Shown one piece after another: positions 14,427 through 23,298 of a stretch of DNA of 38,878 nt. A model generated the notes under the pieces. That model was not told the origin of the DNA. It was given only the letters and a program-made list of their open reading frames with translations, and searched no databases. The stretch is from a virus. The position numbers and the translations under genes are program-made. The stretch's first letter is position 1, and each line of letters opens with the position of its first letter. The stretch lies in IMG/VR virus record IMGVR_UViG_3300040801_002051, positions 1-38,878 of that record. One strand, 5' to 3'.

Positions 14427-15011
14427 TCAGACTCCCAAGATGCCGCGAAGGATGCTCCAGAACCCCGAGGGCGGCGTGCTCGCCTCGTCGACGGGCTCAT
14501 CGCCGTAGTAACTGATGGACACGTCGAACTCGACGCGCATCGACGCACCGTCGGCAAAGTGGCGGCTTTCGCTCTCGCGCAGGCTGTCGACGACCCAATA
14601 GCCCCAGTTGCGCCCGCGGCCATCGATCATCAGCAGCGGCACGCCGAGCTCTGCGTCTTGGCGCAGCGCGTCGAGCTGCCATTTGCCATCGCCCAGGGCA
14701 AGCAGGTTGATGTTGCCGCGCTGCAGGATGCTTTGAATTGTCGCGACGTGCCCCAGGGCTTGTGCGATTTCAGGCACGCGGCTGATTAGGTTGGGCAGCC
14801 CGAGCAGCCCCTTGTGCGCGGGCAGCACCAGGCCCTTGAGCGTCACGGTGCGATTACCCGGTCCAACCCATTGCCGCACAGGAAAGCGCCCGATCACGTC
14901 CTGTTGCGGCCAGCGCCACTCGGCGTTGCGCTCCAGCGCCTGATAGGCCGCTGTGCTCAGGCTGAAGCGGTAGCTGCCCAGCGACAGCATGACGGACAGC
15001 GGCGAAAACAT
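14427..15011 (-). CDS. P2 gpU-like tail protein (194 aa)
   Basis: LGSYRFSLSTAAYQALERNAEWRWPQQDVIGRFPVRQWVGPGNRTVTLKGLVLP is the GpU (PF06995) pattern. It lies immediately after the tape measure gene. Confidence 0.8.
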   Translation of the reverse strand: MFSPLSVMLSLGSYRFSLSTAAYQALERNAEWRWPQQDVIGRFPVRQWVGPGNRTVTLKGLVLPAHKGLLGLPNLISRVPEIAQALGHVATIQSILQRGNINLLALGDGKWQLDALRQDAELGVPLLMIDGRGRNWGYWVVDSLRESESRHFADGASMRVEFDVSISYYGDEPVDEASTPPSGFWSILRGILGV

Positions 15012-15014
15012 GCG

Positions 15015-17300
15015 TCAGACCTCGTCGGGATCGTCGTAGAGGGCACTGATGTGCCGCGCGGCCTCGCCGGTCGCCTCGCGCACGCGCGCCTCGATGAGTG
15101 CCGCCAGCTCATGGCTATCGGCACCGGCTGGAGCGGAGATGTTGATGGTAATCGGCATGTCGACGCGCGCCGGGGTGGCGCGGCGCGGCGCCGTGATGGC
15201 GGCCGGCGGCCGGTAGGTCTCAACGACGCCTTGCGGCACGTTAGCCGTGGCGGCCATGGGAATTGCCGTCACAGCAGCGGCGACAGTGCGCACGGCGCTC
15301 AGCGGCTTGACGCTGACCCGATCGATGCCGATCTGCAGGCCGCGCATCAGATCCTCGCCAATCCCCATGAAGACACGCGACGGCGAGCGCGTCTCTGTTT
15401 CGCGACGGAATATGCTGGCAACGCTACCGGCGACGCCGGCGGCCCACTCTTTCAGCTCGGCCCACTTCTGCCGCATGCCCGACAGCAGCCCGCCGATGAT
15501 GTTGATGCCGATCTGCAGCATCTGGCTCGGCAGATTGGCAAACGCTGCCAAGATCCGACCGGCCGCACGAATCGCAGCGGCCACGGCCTCGCCAAACTTG
15601 CGGCCCATGGCTTCGGCGGCGGCGCCGGTCCCTCGGACAGGCTCGAGCAAACGCCCAAGCCAGTCAATGAGCCCGCGGATGGCAGCCTCGACCGGCGCCA
15701 GCAGCGGCGCAAGCGGCGCGAACGCCTCACGCAGCGCGGCGCCGACGGGCGCAAGCCCCTCGGTCAGCCCGTCCCACATGCCGCCGAGAAAGCCCTTGAT
15801 CGGCTCCCAGTATTTGCGGACAAGCAGCGCTGCGCCCACCAGGGCGGCAACGAACAGCCCGACCGGCGTCGAGATAAGCGCGGCGCCAATGCCGCGCAGC
15901 ACAAGCAGCACCTTGGACAGCGGCCCGGGTGTCATCATCACGCCGGCTGCCATGCCGCGGAAGCTTGCGGCCAAGCCCCCAAGCTTGATGGCGCCCAACG
16001 CCCCGCCCAGCGTGCCGAGCGTGGCCGTCACCGCGCCCAGGCCGCCGGCCAACAGGCCCATGCCGCCCACGAGCATGCCAACGCCCATAATGATCGGGCC
16101 GAGCACGACACCCATGGCGCCGAGCGCGGCAACGGCCAGCGTGATGTTGCTGGCCAGCGCGGGGTTGGCCGCAATCCACGTTTGAATCCGCTGCAGTAGC
16201 GGCGTCAGGCGGTTAGAGAGCTGCTCGATCACCGGCAGCAGCGCCGACCCGAGCGCGCGCTTGAGCTCGTCAACGCGATTGGCGAGCAGCTGCAGCCGGT
16301 TGGCTGTCGTGTCGGCGCGGGCGGCGAACTCCGCTTGCATCGAGCCGGCATAGGCGGATTCGTTGGCCACTAGGCCCATGACGCGGCGGGTCTCGTCGAT
16401 GTTGCCTACGAGCTTGGCGATTTTGGCGCTATGCTCGGTGCCGACCAGGCCGGTGAGCACGCCCATTCCAGCCTGCGCATCGAGCTGGCCCAGTGTCTCG
16501 ATGAGCGCCATCAGCGCGGCATTGGGGCCTTCGGCGACGGCGCGCTCGAGCTGCTCGGCGGTGTAACCGATCTCGGCCAGTGCTTCCTGAAACTTGGGCG
16601 TTTGACGGGTGGCGGTCTGCAGCCGCTGCAACAGAAAGTTGAGCGCGGTTCCTGCTCGCTCGGGCGTCTCGCCGAGGGCGATCATCGCCGTGGCGTAGGC
16701 TGCGGTCTCTTTGGCGGCGAGCCCGAACCGGGCCGCGTTGCCCGCGCGGGTTAGGGCGTCGACGATCTCCGGGGCCGATGCGGCGGCGTTGTTGGAGAGC
16801 TGGTTAATCGCGTCGCCCAGTGTGCCGATCTCGTGGACCGGGATGCTGTAGACATTGGCGAGCTTGGCCATTGCCAGCCCCGCCTCCTGCGGGATCATGT
16901 CGAACGCAGTCGCCGCCTTGGCGACGGTCTCCGTGTAGTCCGGCAGGTCGGGCGCGGCAATGCCCAGTTGCCCCCCGGCCGCGGCGATGTCGGCAAGCTG
17001 CGACGCGGTCAGCGGGATAGTGCGGCTCAGCGCCTCAAGCTGGGCTTGCAGCTGGCCCAAGCCCTCGGGCGTGGCAAAGTCCACGACCTTGCGCACGTCG
17101 GCCATGGCCGACTCGAGCTCCATCGCCGCGGCCGTGGCCCCTTGCAGAGGCATCAACAGTTGCCGGCCGCCATAGGACGCACCGGCGCCGATCATGCTGA
17201 GATTGGCACCGGTGCGCTGCAGCTTGCGACCCATGCGCGCGAGCGGCTTGGTCAGTCGGTCGACCATGCCGACCAGCACCTCGACCTTCAACTTTGCCAT
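15015..17300 (-). CDS. Tail tape measure protein (761 aa)
   Basis: Long Ala/Gly/Leu-rich helical protein with a central block of hydrophobic segments. It is located after the tail chaperone pair, and the ATG lies 2 nt after the E+E' stop. Confidence 0.9.
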   Translation of the reverse strand: MAKLKVEVLVGMVDRLTKPLARMGRKLQRTGANLSMIGAGASYGGRQLLMPLQGATAAAMELESAMADVRKVVDFATPEGLGQLQAQLEALSRTIPLTASQLADIAAAGGQLGIAAPDLPDYTETVAKAATAFDMIPQEAGLAMAKLANVYSIPVHEIGTLGDAINQLSNNAAASAPEIVDALTRAGNAARFGLAAKETAAYATAMIALGETPERAGTALNFLLQRLQTATRQTPKFQEALAEIGYTAEQLERAVAEGPNAALMALIETLGQLDAQAGMGVLTGLVGTEHSAKIAKLVGNIDETRRVMGLVANESAYAGSMQAEFAARADTTANRLQLLANRVDELKRALGSALLPVIEQLSNRLTPLLQRIQTWIAANPALASNITLAVAALGAMGVVLGPIIMGVGMLVGGMGLLAGGLGAVTATLGTLGGALGAIKLGGLAASFRGMAAGVMMTPGPLSKVLLVLRGIGAALISTPVGLFVAALVGAALLVRKYWEPIKGFLGGMWDGLTEGLAPVGAALREAFAPLAPLLAPVEAAIRGLIDWLGRLLEPVRGTGAAAEAMGRKFGEAVAAAIRAAGRILAAFANLPSQMLQIGINIIGGLLSGMRQKWAELKEWAAGVAGSVASIFRRETETRSPSRVFMGIGEDLMRGLQIGIDRVSVKPLSAVRTVAAAVTAIPMAATANVPQGVVETYRPPAAITAPRRATPARVDMPITINISAPAGADSHELAALIEARVREATGEAARHISALYDDPDEV

Positions 17301-17302
17301 AG

Positions 17303-17730
17303 TTACGCCATCAGCTGTGAATGACCGCCGATCGCTTTGATCCAGCGTTCGGCCCGTTCTGCCCAGTGCATCAGCTCACCGAGCGGCATGGTGTCCAGCT
17401 CGCTGGGCTGCCAATGGAACGCTACTGCAACGATTTCGTAGGCGTCTTCGATGCGCTCTGGGAGTCGGCCGGGTCCATCGTCAGCTCCATCTCCGCCGGC
17501 CCGAAAAAACCCACCACCTCGCTCATGACCTCCATCATGTCGCGGGCGCCGAGCTGGTAGAACTCCATCGCGGTCATGTCGCTAATGCGCGGCAGCACCG
17601 CGGCATGCGCCATCGCGTCCATCTGGAGCACGTCGAGCATCTTCACGCCACGCAGCGCTCCGGCCTTGGGCTCGCGGATCGTCAGTTCGCGGCCCGTGCT
17701 AAGGGTCAGCGTCTTGTCAGTGTCACTCAT
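17303..17730 (-). CDS. Tail assembly chaperone fusion (P2 gpE+E'-like), made by a -1 frameshift at 17509-17503 (about 142 aa)
   Basis: After the slip the -1 frame reads ..FFRAGGDGADDGPGRLPERIEDAYEIVAVAFHWQPSELDTMPLGELMHWAERAERWIKAIGGHSQLMA*. The FHWqPsEld.mpl.EL..W motif is typical of GpE' (PF06528). The TAA is at 17305-17303. Confidence 0.75.
17422..17730 (-). CDS. Tail assembly chaperone (P2 gpE-like, 102 aa)
   Basis: ORF-track entry lying between the tube and tape measure genes. It contains the slippery heptamer in frame. Confidence 0.8.
   Translation of the reverse strand: MSDTDKTLTLSTGRELTIREPKAGALRGVKMLDVLQMDAMAHAAVLPRISDMTAMEFYQLGARDMMEVMSEVVGFFGPAEMELTMDPADSQSASKTPTKSLQ
17503..17509 (-). 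promoter_or_regulatory. -1 programmed ribosomal frameshift slippery heptamer T_TTT_TTC
   Basis: The minus strand reads GGT TTT TTC in the zero frame of the gpE-like gene (plus-strand run aaaaaa at 17504-17509). Confidence 0.7.
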
Positions 17731-17740
17731 GGCTTAGCCC

Positions 17741-18250
17741 TCAAATGCCGATGGCGCCGCGAAGCTGGGCCATCTGGTCCTCACCGCCGATCTCGCGAAT
17801 CATCATTTCCGGGTTGATGTGAATCACGCGATCGCCGCCGATCTCCAGGATGAGATCGCGCGCGTTGACCGTGCCCTCCATGCTGACCTTCGACCCGGCC
17901 TCCCACGAGCCAAGCCCCGCTTCGTGCCACTGACCTTCGACCTCGAGCTTGACCTGGATCACCTGCGTGGCGTCGTCGGACTGCTGTGCGCCGCGCGCTA
18001 CCAGGCGCACGCCCTGGCCGTTGGCGAGGCCGTAGAACTTGAGCACGTCGGGGATGTATTCATAGAGGGTGAACTTGACGTCCATGGCCTCCATAAGCGC
18101 CATGTCCGCCTTGATTTTGCCGGACATGCCGCCCGCGGCGTACTCCTCGGTGACGACGGTCAGGGTCGGCAGCTCGATGTCTGCCTTGCCGGCGTAGTGC
18201 TCGCCGTCGATGAACAGCGCGTACTGCTTCAGTAGTCGTGGAATGGCCAT
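17741..18250 (-). CDS. Major tail tube protein (P2 FII-like, 169 aa)
   Basis: MAIPRLLKQYALFIDGEHYAGKADIELPTLTVVTEEY..GMSGKI is the PF04985 pattern. It follows the sheath gene. Confidence 0.88.
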   Translation of the reverse strand: MAIPRLLKQYALFIDGEHYAGKADIELPTLTVVTEEYAAGGMSGKIKADMALMEAMDVKFTLYEYIPDVLKFYGLANGQGVRLVARGAQQSDDATQVIQVKLEVEGQWHEAGLGSWEAGSKVSMEGTVNARDLILEIGGDRVIHINPEMMIREIGGEDQMAQLRGAIGI

Positions 18251-18340
18251 TCGCTTGCGCTCCAGTTAGTAAATGGTGCCCCACCGACCGCCACCGCACA
18301 CCACAGATTGATGAAAAGCGGCCGGCGGGGCATTGATCGG

Positions 18341-19900
18341 TCAGCCGCGGTCGATGTCTTGGCCGATGCTCGCCAACACGCCGTTGTTGCGGCTCATGCC
18401 ATCGCGCAGCGGGAATAGGTTGGCGATGTACTGATTGGTGAGATGGCTGCGGAACGTGACGCGCTCCGCCGGGAACGGCGGCGTAAAGTCGAAGTCGAAA
18501 TAGACTCGACCGTTGGCGATGCTCTCCGGGCTGTTCAGCTCCTCGTCCACCCAGCACGTCCCGCCGAGCACGGCGCCGACGATGGTGAGGTGATTCAGGA
18601 ACGAGCGCACCCCCATCACCACATCTTCCATGTAGGTTTTGGTGATGTTGCGGTCGACCGCCCAGAGGTGCGACCGCTGCAGGGCCTCGTGGATCATGTC
18701 GGCCGTGCGGCGCACGCTCAGGAACTGCCATTTGGGATCCTCCGAGCAGCTGCGGTTGCCCCACAGCCGCCAGCCTTCCTTGCGCACGATGGTCGCCACA
18801 TCGTGCTCGTTGAGATAGTTCGCCCGGCTCTGCGGGTTGCCGATCTCGAAATCAATATCGCGCTTGGTGCCGACAATGCCGTTGATCTCGCGGTTCGACG
18901 GGCTCCACCAGAAGCCGCGCTCGTTGTCGGATTTGGCGATGATGCCGGCGACACGCGGCGAGGCCGGACGGTACTCATAGCCGTGCGTCGCAACGTCCCA
19001 GGTCTTGACCTGCGGGTCGACGATGTAGACGCGATCGCTGCCGAAATTCATCCGGTAGTCAATGGCGGCGGCGTCGGTCGTGTTCGGGCCGTCGGCAATC
19101 ACCACCGCCTTGAGCATCTCGGCAACGCCGATCATCTCTGCGATCACCGCTTGCTCGTCGCCCCACGTCGGCGCAATCAGGATGCGCGGCGTTACAAAAA
19201 TGGACGGCTCGGCGCTCAGGAAGGCCTTCACGCCGGTTCGCAGGGTCAGGTCGCCAATGATGTTGCTGATGGTCGCAGCGTCGTCCACGCCCTCGGCGAC
19301 CCGGACCACGACGACCCAGGCGCCGTACTGATCGAAGATGGCATCGATGGCCTTGGGCAGCGTGCCGGTAGAGCCCAGCCGCGCGGCATCGGTGCGGCGG
19401 CCAGCAACGAGGACGGGCGTGTTGAGCGGGAACGCCTCATCGAGGCCGCCGGCCAGATACTCGATGCGCATGCTTGCCTCGGCCACGCCAGAGCCGTCGG
19501 ACTCGCCGGTGTCCGACACGGTGACCAGCGCGGCCGCGTCGGTGTTAGCGTTGACGGCGGCCAGCACTTCGGCAGCGGTGCTCTGAACGACGCCCGTAGC
19601 GTCGGTCTCAAGCTGCACTGTGATGACGCCGTTCGACACGTCGACGGCCAGGGCCTGGCTCAAGCCTCGGGCCTTGAGATACACGCCGGTGTTATTGCCG
19701 CCGACGCCCTCGCTGGTGGCCGTCCACGTCAAGGCGTTGTCATTGACCACGGCGCCAGTGGTGAGCGTTGCGGTGGCCGCCGCATCGCTATCCGGCGCGG
19801 TGCCGATCAGGCCGATAATGCTCGACCGGGCGGTTTCGATAGGGCGCGTACCGTCGTCGATCTCGACGATTTCTACGCCATGCAAAAATTCTTCGCTCAT
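18341..19900 (-). CDS. Contractile tail sheath protein (519 aa, larger than P2 FI)
   Basis: MSEEFLHGVEIVEIDDGTRPIETARSSIIGLIGTAP.. at the N-terminus, and ..FWWSPSNREINGI..WGNRSCSEDPKWQFLSVRRTADMI.. at the C-terminus, are typical sheath motifs. GAGG lies upstream of the ATG. Confidence 0.9.
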   Translation of the reverse strand: MSEEFLHGVEIVEIDDGTRPIETARSSIIGLIGTAPDSDAAATATLTTGAVVNDNALTWTATSEGVGGNNTGVYLKARGLSQALAVDVSNGVITVQLETDATGVVQSTAAEVLAAVNANTDAAALVTVSDTGESDGSGVAEASMRIEYLAGGLDEAFPLNTPVLVAGRRTDAARLGSTGTLPKAIDAIFDQYGAWVVVVRVAEGVDDAATISNIIGDLTLRTGVKAFLSAEPSIFVTPRILIAPTWGDEQAVIAEMIGVAEMLKAVVIADGPNTTDAAAIDYRMNFGSDRVYIVDPQVKTWDVATHGYEYRPASPRVAGIIAKSDNERGFWWSPSNREINGIVGTKRDIDFEIGNPQSRANYLNEHDVATIVRKEGWRLWGNRSCSEDPKWQFLSVRRTADMIHEALQRSHLWAVDRNITKTYMEDVVMGVRSFLNHLTIVGAVLGGTCWVDEELNSPESIANGRVYFDFDFTPPFPAERVTFRSHLTNQYIANLFPLRDGMSRNNGVLASIGQDIDRG

Positions 19901-19909
19901 GCTATTGCC

Positions 19910-20524
19910 TCAGTATTCAAGGGCCAAAAGGCCAGGACCGCCATTGGGATACGTCGCTGAACCGCCGCCCCCATAACCGGCCGGCGCTACGTCGGTGGCG
20001 CCAAAGCCAAAAACAGTTGACCGCAATCGATAGTCGCTTCTGCCGGTAGGCGACCCAATAACATAAAATCCCGCCGGCGCTACCGTGCATAACCCACCTG
20101 CAATGCCTTGGTCGCCGTCGCCGCCGCTGCCTTTGCCGCCGCCGGCTTCGTACCCGCCAAACGTCGTGCTAGCGCCGCCAGCGTTTGTAGTGCCTGGGTT
20201 TATTCCCGGCACGTTATATGCAAACGTCGCTCCGGGTGTCGTCAATATTGGCAAGCGAAACAGCACCCCCGCACTCCCACCGTTGCTGCCGCTGCCGCCT
20301 TGTCCCACCATGGACAGCCAAAAAATGTGCACGCCCGACGGAACGGTCCAGTTGCCAGAGTCGGCCCCAGGGATTTCCTCGCGCGTATGCGGCACGTATT
20401 GCGCTTGCAGATGCGCTGCAAGCGTCGGCGTCCATGTCGCGCCGTCGGCTCGCGTGTTGATTTGCGCCTCCATGGTCGTCAAGCCGCGTTGCAGCAAGCC
20501 GAGAAACGCCGCGCTCAGGTCCAT
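19910..20524 (-). CDS. Glycine-rich distal fibre/tip protein (204 aa)
   Basis: NWTVPSGVHIFWLSMVGQGGSGSNGGSAGV..GGGKGSGGDGDQG..GYGGGGSA follows the 'wtvP.GV..v.v.vG.GG.G' glycine-rich domain pattern seen in phage fibre proteins. The start overlaps the upstream stop (TAATG). Confidence 0.55.
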   Translation of the reverse strand: MDLSAAFLGLLQRGLTTMEAQINTRADGATWTPTLAAHLQAQYVPHTREEIPGADSGNWTVPSGVHIFWLSMVGQGGSGSNGGSAGVLFRLPILTTPGATFAYNVPGINPGTTNAGGASTTFGGYEAGGGKGSGGDGDQGIAGGLCTVAPAGFYVIGSPTGRSDYRLRSTVFGFGATDVAPAGYGGGGSATYPNGGPGLLALEY

Positions 20525-21063
20525 TATTCCGCTACCTCCGTCACCAGGCCGGTGACTAATCCGTCTTCGTCATACGACAGGGTCATGGTCTGCGTCTGCC
20601 CATTAAGCACAGATACCACCTCCGTCAACTGTCCTGCTGGGTTGTAGGCCATTGTCTGCACTTCCTGGCTGTCATCGAGATAGGTTGCCGTTACGGTGTC
20701 AATGCGCTTTAGCTCATCGTATGTGATGGCCACCGACGGATAGGGGTCCAGCGAGGCGACAACTTGCGCTGCGGTATTAGCGTCTTCCTGCAGCTGCGTC
20801 AACAACGGCGTAATGGCGTCGTCTATTTGCTGCGGAAACTGGGCAATCTGGCTTTCGGCCAACTCCAACAGCGGGCCCAGCGCGCCGTCTATGCGCGCAA
20901 GCCCGCCAGTGGTCAGCGTTTGCACGGCATCCTGCCAGCTGACAGATTCCGCCTCTAAAGCTGCGGCCCGCGCATCCAGATCACGAAAGATCTTGTTGAA
21001 TACGGCCGCGCTCAGCGGCGTGCGACCATCGACGAAACGATAACTGTCGAACCGGATAGGCAT
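20524..21063 (-). CDS. Tail fibre-associated protein (179 aa) with a YD-like C-terminal segment
   Basis: ATG at 21063 (MPIRFDSYRF..) with GAGG 9 nt upstream. The longer track ORF (to 21555) overlaps the 737-aa gene. The C-terminus reads AITYDELKRIDTVTATYLDD..MAYNPAGQLTEV..LSYDEDGLVTGL. Confidence 0.6.
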   Translation of the reverse strand: MPIRFDSYRFVDGRTPLSAAVFNKIFRDLDARAAALEAESVSWQDAVQTLTTGGLARIDGALGPLLELAESQIAQFPQQIDDAITPLLTQLQEDANTAAQVVASLDPYPSVAITYDELKRIDTVTATYLDDSQEVQTMAYNPAGQLTEVVSVLNGQTQTMTLSYDEDGLVTGLVTEVAE

Positions 21064-21077
21064 CTGCTGACCTCGTC

Positions 21078-23291
21078 TTATACCGCCACGTCTGTGCGCT
21101 CGATAATCGTAAATGGCCGCACGGCGCCAGAGAGCGTTGCGGTGATCTTGATCTGATACGTCGTGATGCCGGTGCCATCCTCCGGCGTGAAGATTACGCT
21201 CATGCGCGTTGCATCCGCTTCCGGCTTCGTCGTCACGCTGTCTGCGGTGTAGGTCGTGCCGCCGTCCTCCAGGGTCACGGTGATGGTGTGCTCGTCGGAA
21301 TCGTAGCCGTCGATCAGTAGCCGGACCTCGATGTTGTCGGAGGCGCTGTCGAGCGTGCGTTCTGCGCTCCAGTGCACGAGTGACGTCCCAGGACGGCTGG
21401 CTTGCAGCCCGGTGGTGTTGGCGCGGAACGCTGGGGCCATATCGGTTGTGTTGGTGAACACGGCACGCATGGGCAGCAAGCTGGGGCTTGCGGCAGACAG
21501 GTTGGCGCCACTGGCGCTCAAGTCGCGCCACACACCGTTGATCTGCACTTCCCACGTGAGCTCGGTCCCCTCGGGCACATGCTGCTCGACCTCGAGGTCG
21601 ATGTCCGTCATGCCTCCTGCCAGTTCGACCGCGTTGAGGCTCACTTCTGTCCGCGTCTGCGTGAACTTGGCGCCGTAGAGGCTGAACATCAGGTCTTTGG
21701 TCAGGTCGCCGGCCAGATACTCGCCGTCGGTGCCAAAAAACAGTGTGCCTTGCGTATATTGCGCGCCGCTGACAACAGCGAGGCTGTGCGCCCCCGCGCT
21801 TACGAGCACGACTGCATAGCGCTGCCCGGCCTCCAAGAACGAGGGTTCCAGCTCCACTTGCGTCTCAGTGCCGTAATCGGCCGCAGCGTCGTCGGCGGCC
21901 AGCGTGGTTGTCGTTACGACTTTGGTCAGGTCCGGCTTGCCAGCATCGCACTCGCAGATCATGACCGTGATGTCATGTCCGGCCTGGACGCTCGTGAAAT
22001 GCAGGCCAACACGCGTCAGCCACATGGCGTTGGCGTTCAAAAACGTCTGCGCAAGCATGGAGCCGGTCTGCGATGCAGGCGTGGAGCCTAGCTCATAAAT
22101 GTAGGTGTACTTGTACCGCCAGTATCGCCGAATAGGATCGAAATATTGGACCAAGACGCGGCCCGTGCGGTAGTTGACCGGCCGCACGCGCGCGTAATAA
22201 CCGCCGTAGATCGTGTTCCAATAATAGGTGTTGTACGGCCACGCCCAGCCCCAGTGCCAGCGCCATCCGTACCACCGATACGGATACCAGGTCCACGCGT
22301 AAGCCGGATATTGATTGATCGGGACAGACCCGGCAAAGCCGATGGTTTGCAAGCGGCGCTCATGCGTATGCAGCGGCAGCACAAGGTCTGCCGCGCTCCT
22401 GCTCACCGCCGGATCGCTGGGGGACAACAGATCGAACGGCGCCACACTTGCCCCAGCGTGACCGGGGCGGAGGCCCGCATCGGTAATGCAGGTGTAACCG
22501 GCGCCGGTGTCGTCGCTCTTCTCGTCGTCGAGAAAGTGGTCGGTGTCCCAGTTGATGACGCTGTCGGGCAGCGACAGCTCCTGCCGAAGATTGGCCAGAT
22601 CGCTGGCGACGTTAATGATCGCTTCCCGGTCGGCCAATCCCGCCGTGCGCTCGGCAAGCGCGGCGAGATCGGACGAAATCGACGTAATGCGCGGCTCCGC
22701 CTGATCCTTCCACCCCTCGACCGTCTTTAGGCGCAGGTCGACGCGCTGGGATTGCGGCAGGCGATTGTCCGTCTGCATCTCAATGGACTCGATACCGGTC
22801 GTGTTGAGCGTCACAAGCGCCACGGTGGTCTGCGCGCCAGCAACGGTCGGCGGCTGCGGACTGGCGGATTCCAGGCCGGCCACGTAATCGACGACGGCCT
22901 GTTGGTGCCGAGTCATCGCCACGGCTTGCGGCTCGGTCTCGCCAGACGTCAAATCGACCAGGAAGTCTCTCGGCTCAACGTCGGTATCGACCGTATCGCC
23001 CCAGACGGTGATTGCGACAATCTTTTTCGTCGCGACCGGAAGCACCGAGAACAGCGATTTGTTGGTCTCGGACTCGGCAACGTAGATGACGCCGCCGTTG
23101 TAATAGCGCCCGGCAGCAACAGTCACCTCGGTTGCGGTATGCTCCGTCACGCCGAAGCCCGCGTACTTGGGGTCGCTCGCAACTGCATCAGTCACCAGAT
23201 CGCCGAACGTCTGCGCGGTGTAGTCTTGCGCGTGGTTAGGGTCGGCGGCCTGAAACTCTTGACGGTCTCGATATAGCACTTGCTTTTGCAT
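21078..23291 (-). CDS. Large tail fibre / baseplate-distal structural protein (737 aa) with an internal Trp/Tyr-rich segment
   Basis: It occupies the position of P2 gpH after the gpI-like gene. There is a coiled segment around residues 200-240. Residues 327-400 read QYPAYAWTWYPYRWYGWRWHWGWAWPYNTYYWNTIYGGYY..RRYWRYKYTYIYELG. Confidence 0.7.
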   Translation of the reverse strand: MQKQVLYRDRQEFQAADPNHAQDYTAQTFGDLVTDAVASDPKYAGFGVTEHTATEVTVAAGRYYNGGVIYVAESETNKSLFSVLPVATKKIVAITVWGDTVDTDVEPRDFLVDLTSGETEPQAVAMTRHQQAVVDYVAGLESASPQPPTVAGAQTTVALVTLNTTGIESIEMQTDNRLPQSQRVDLRLKTVEGWKDQAEPRITSISSDLAALAERTAGLADREAIINVASDLANLRQELSLPDSVINWDTDHFLDDEKSDDTGAGYTCITDAGLRPGHAGASVAPFDLLSPSDPAVSRSAADLVLPLHTHERRLQTIGFAGSVPINQYPAYAWTWYPYRWYGWRWHWGWAWPYNTYYWNTIYGGYYARVRPVNYRTGRVLVQYFDPIRRYWRYKYTYIYELGSTPASQTGSMLAQTFLNANAMWLTRVGLHFTSVQAGHDITVMICECDAGKPDLTKVVTTTTLAADDAAADYGTETQVELEPSFLEAGQRYAVVLVSAGAHSLAVVSGAQYTQGTLFFGTDGEYLAGDLTKDLMFSLYGAKFTQTRTEVSLNAVELAGGMTDIDLEVEQHVPEGTELTWEVQINGVWRDLSASGANLSAASPSLLPMRAVFTNTTDMAPAFRANTTGLQASRPGTSLVHWSAERTLDSASDNIEVRLLIDGYDSDEHTITVTLEDGGTTYTADSVTTKPEADATRMSVIFTPEDGTGITTYQIKITATLSGAVRPFTIIERTDVAV

Positions 23292-23298
23292 ACGGGCC

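Noticed and set aside
18251-18340. Rho-independent terminator or attenuator between the sheath and tube genes (..GCCCCGCCGGCCGCTTTTC.. on the minus strand)
   Set aside because: I could not draw a convincing stem. There are only short self-complementary GC runs (CGGCCG), and the T-run is 4 nt. This is insufficient for a call without folding energy calculations.
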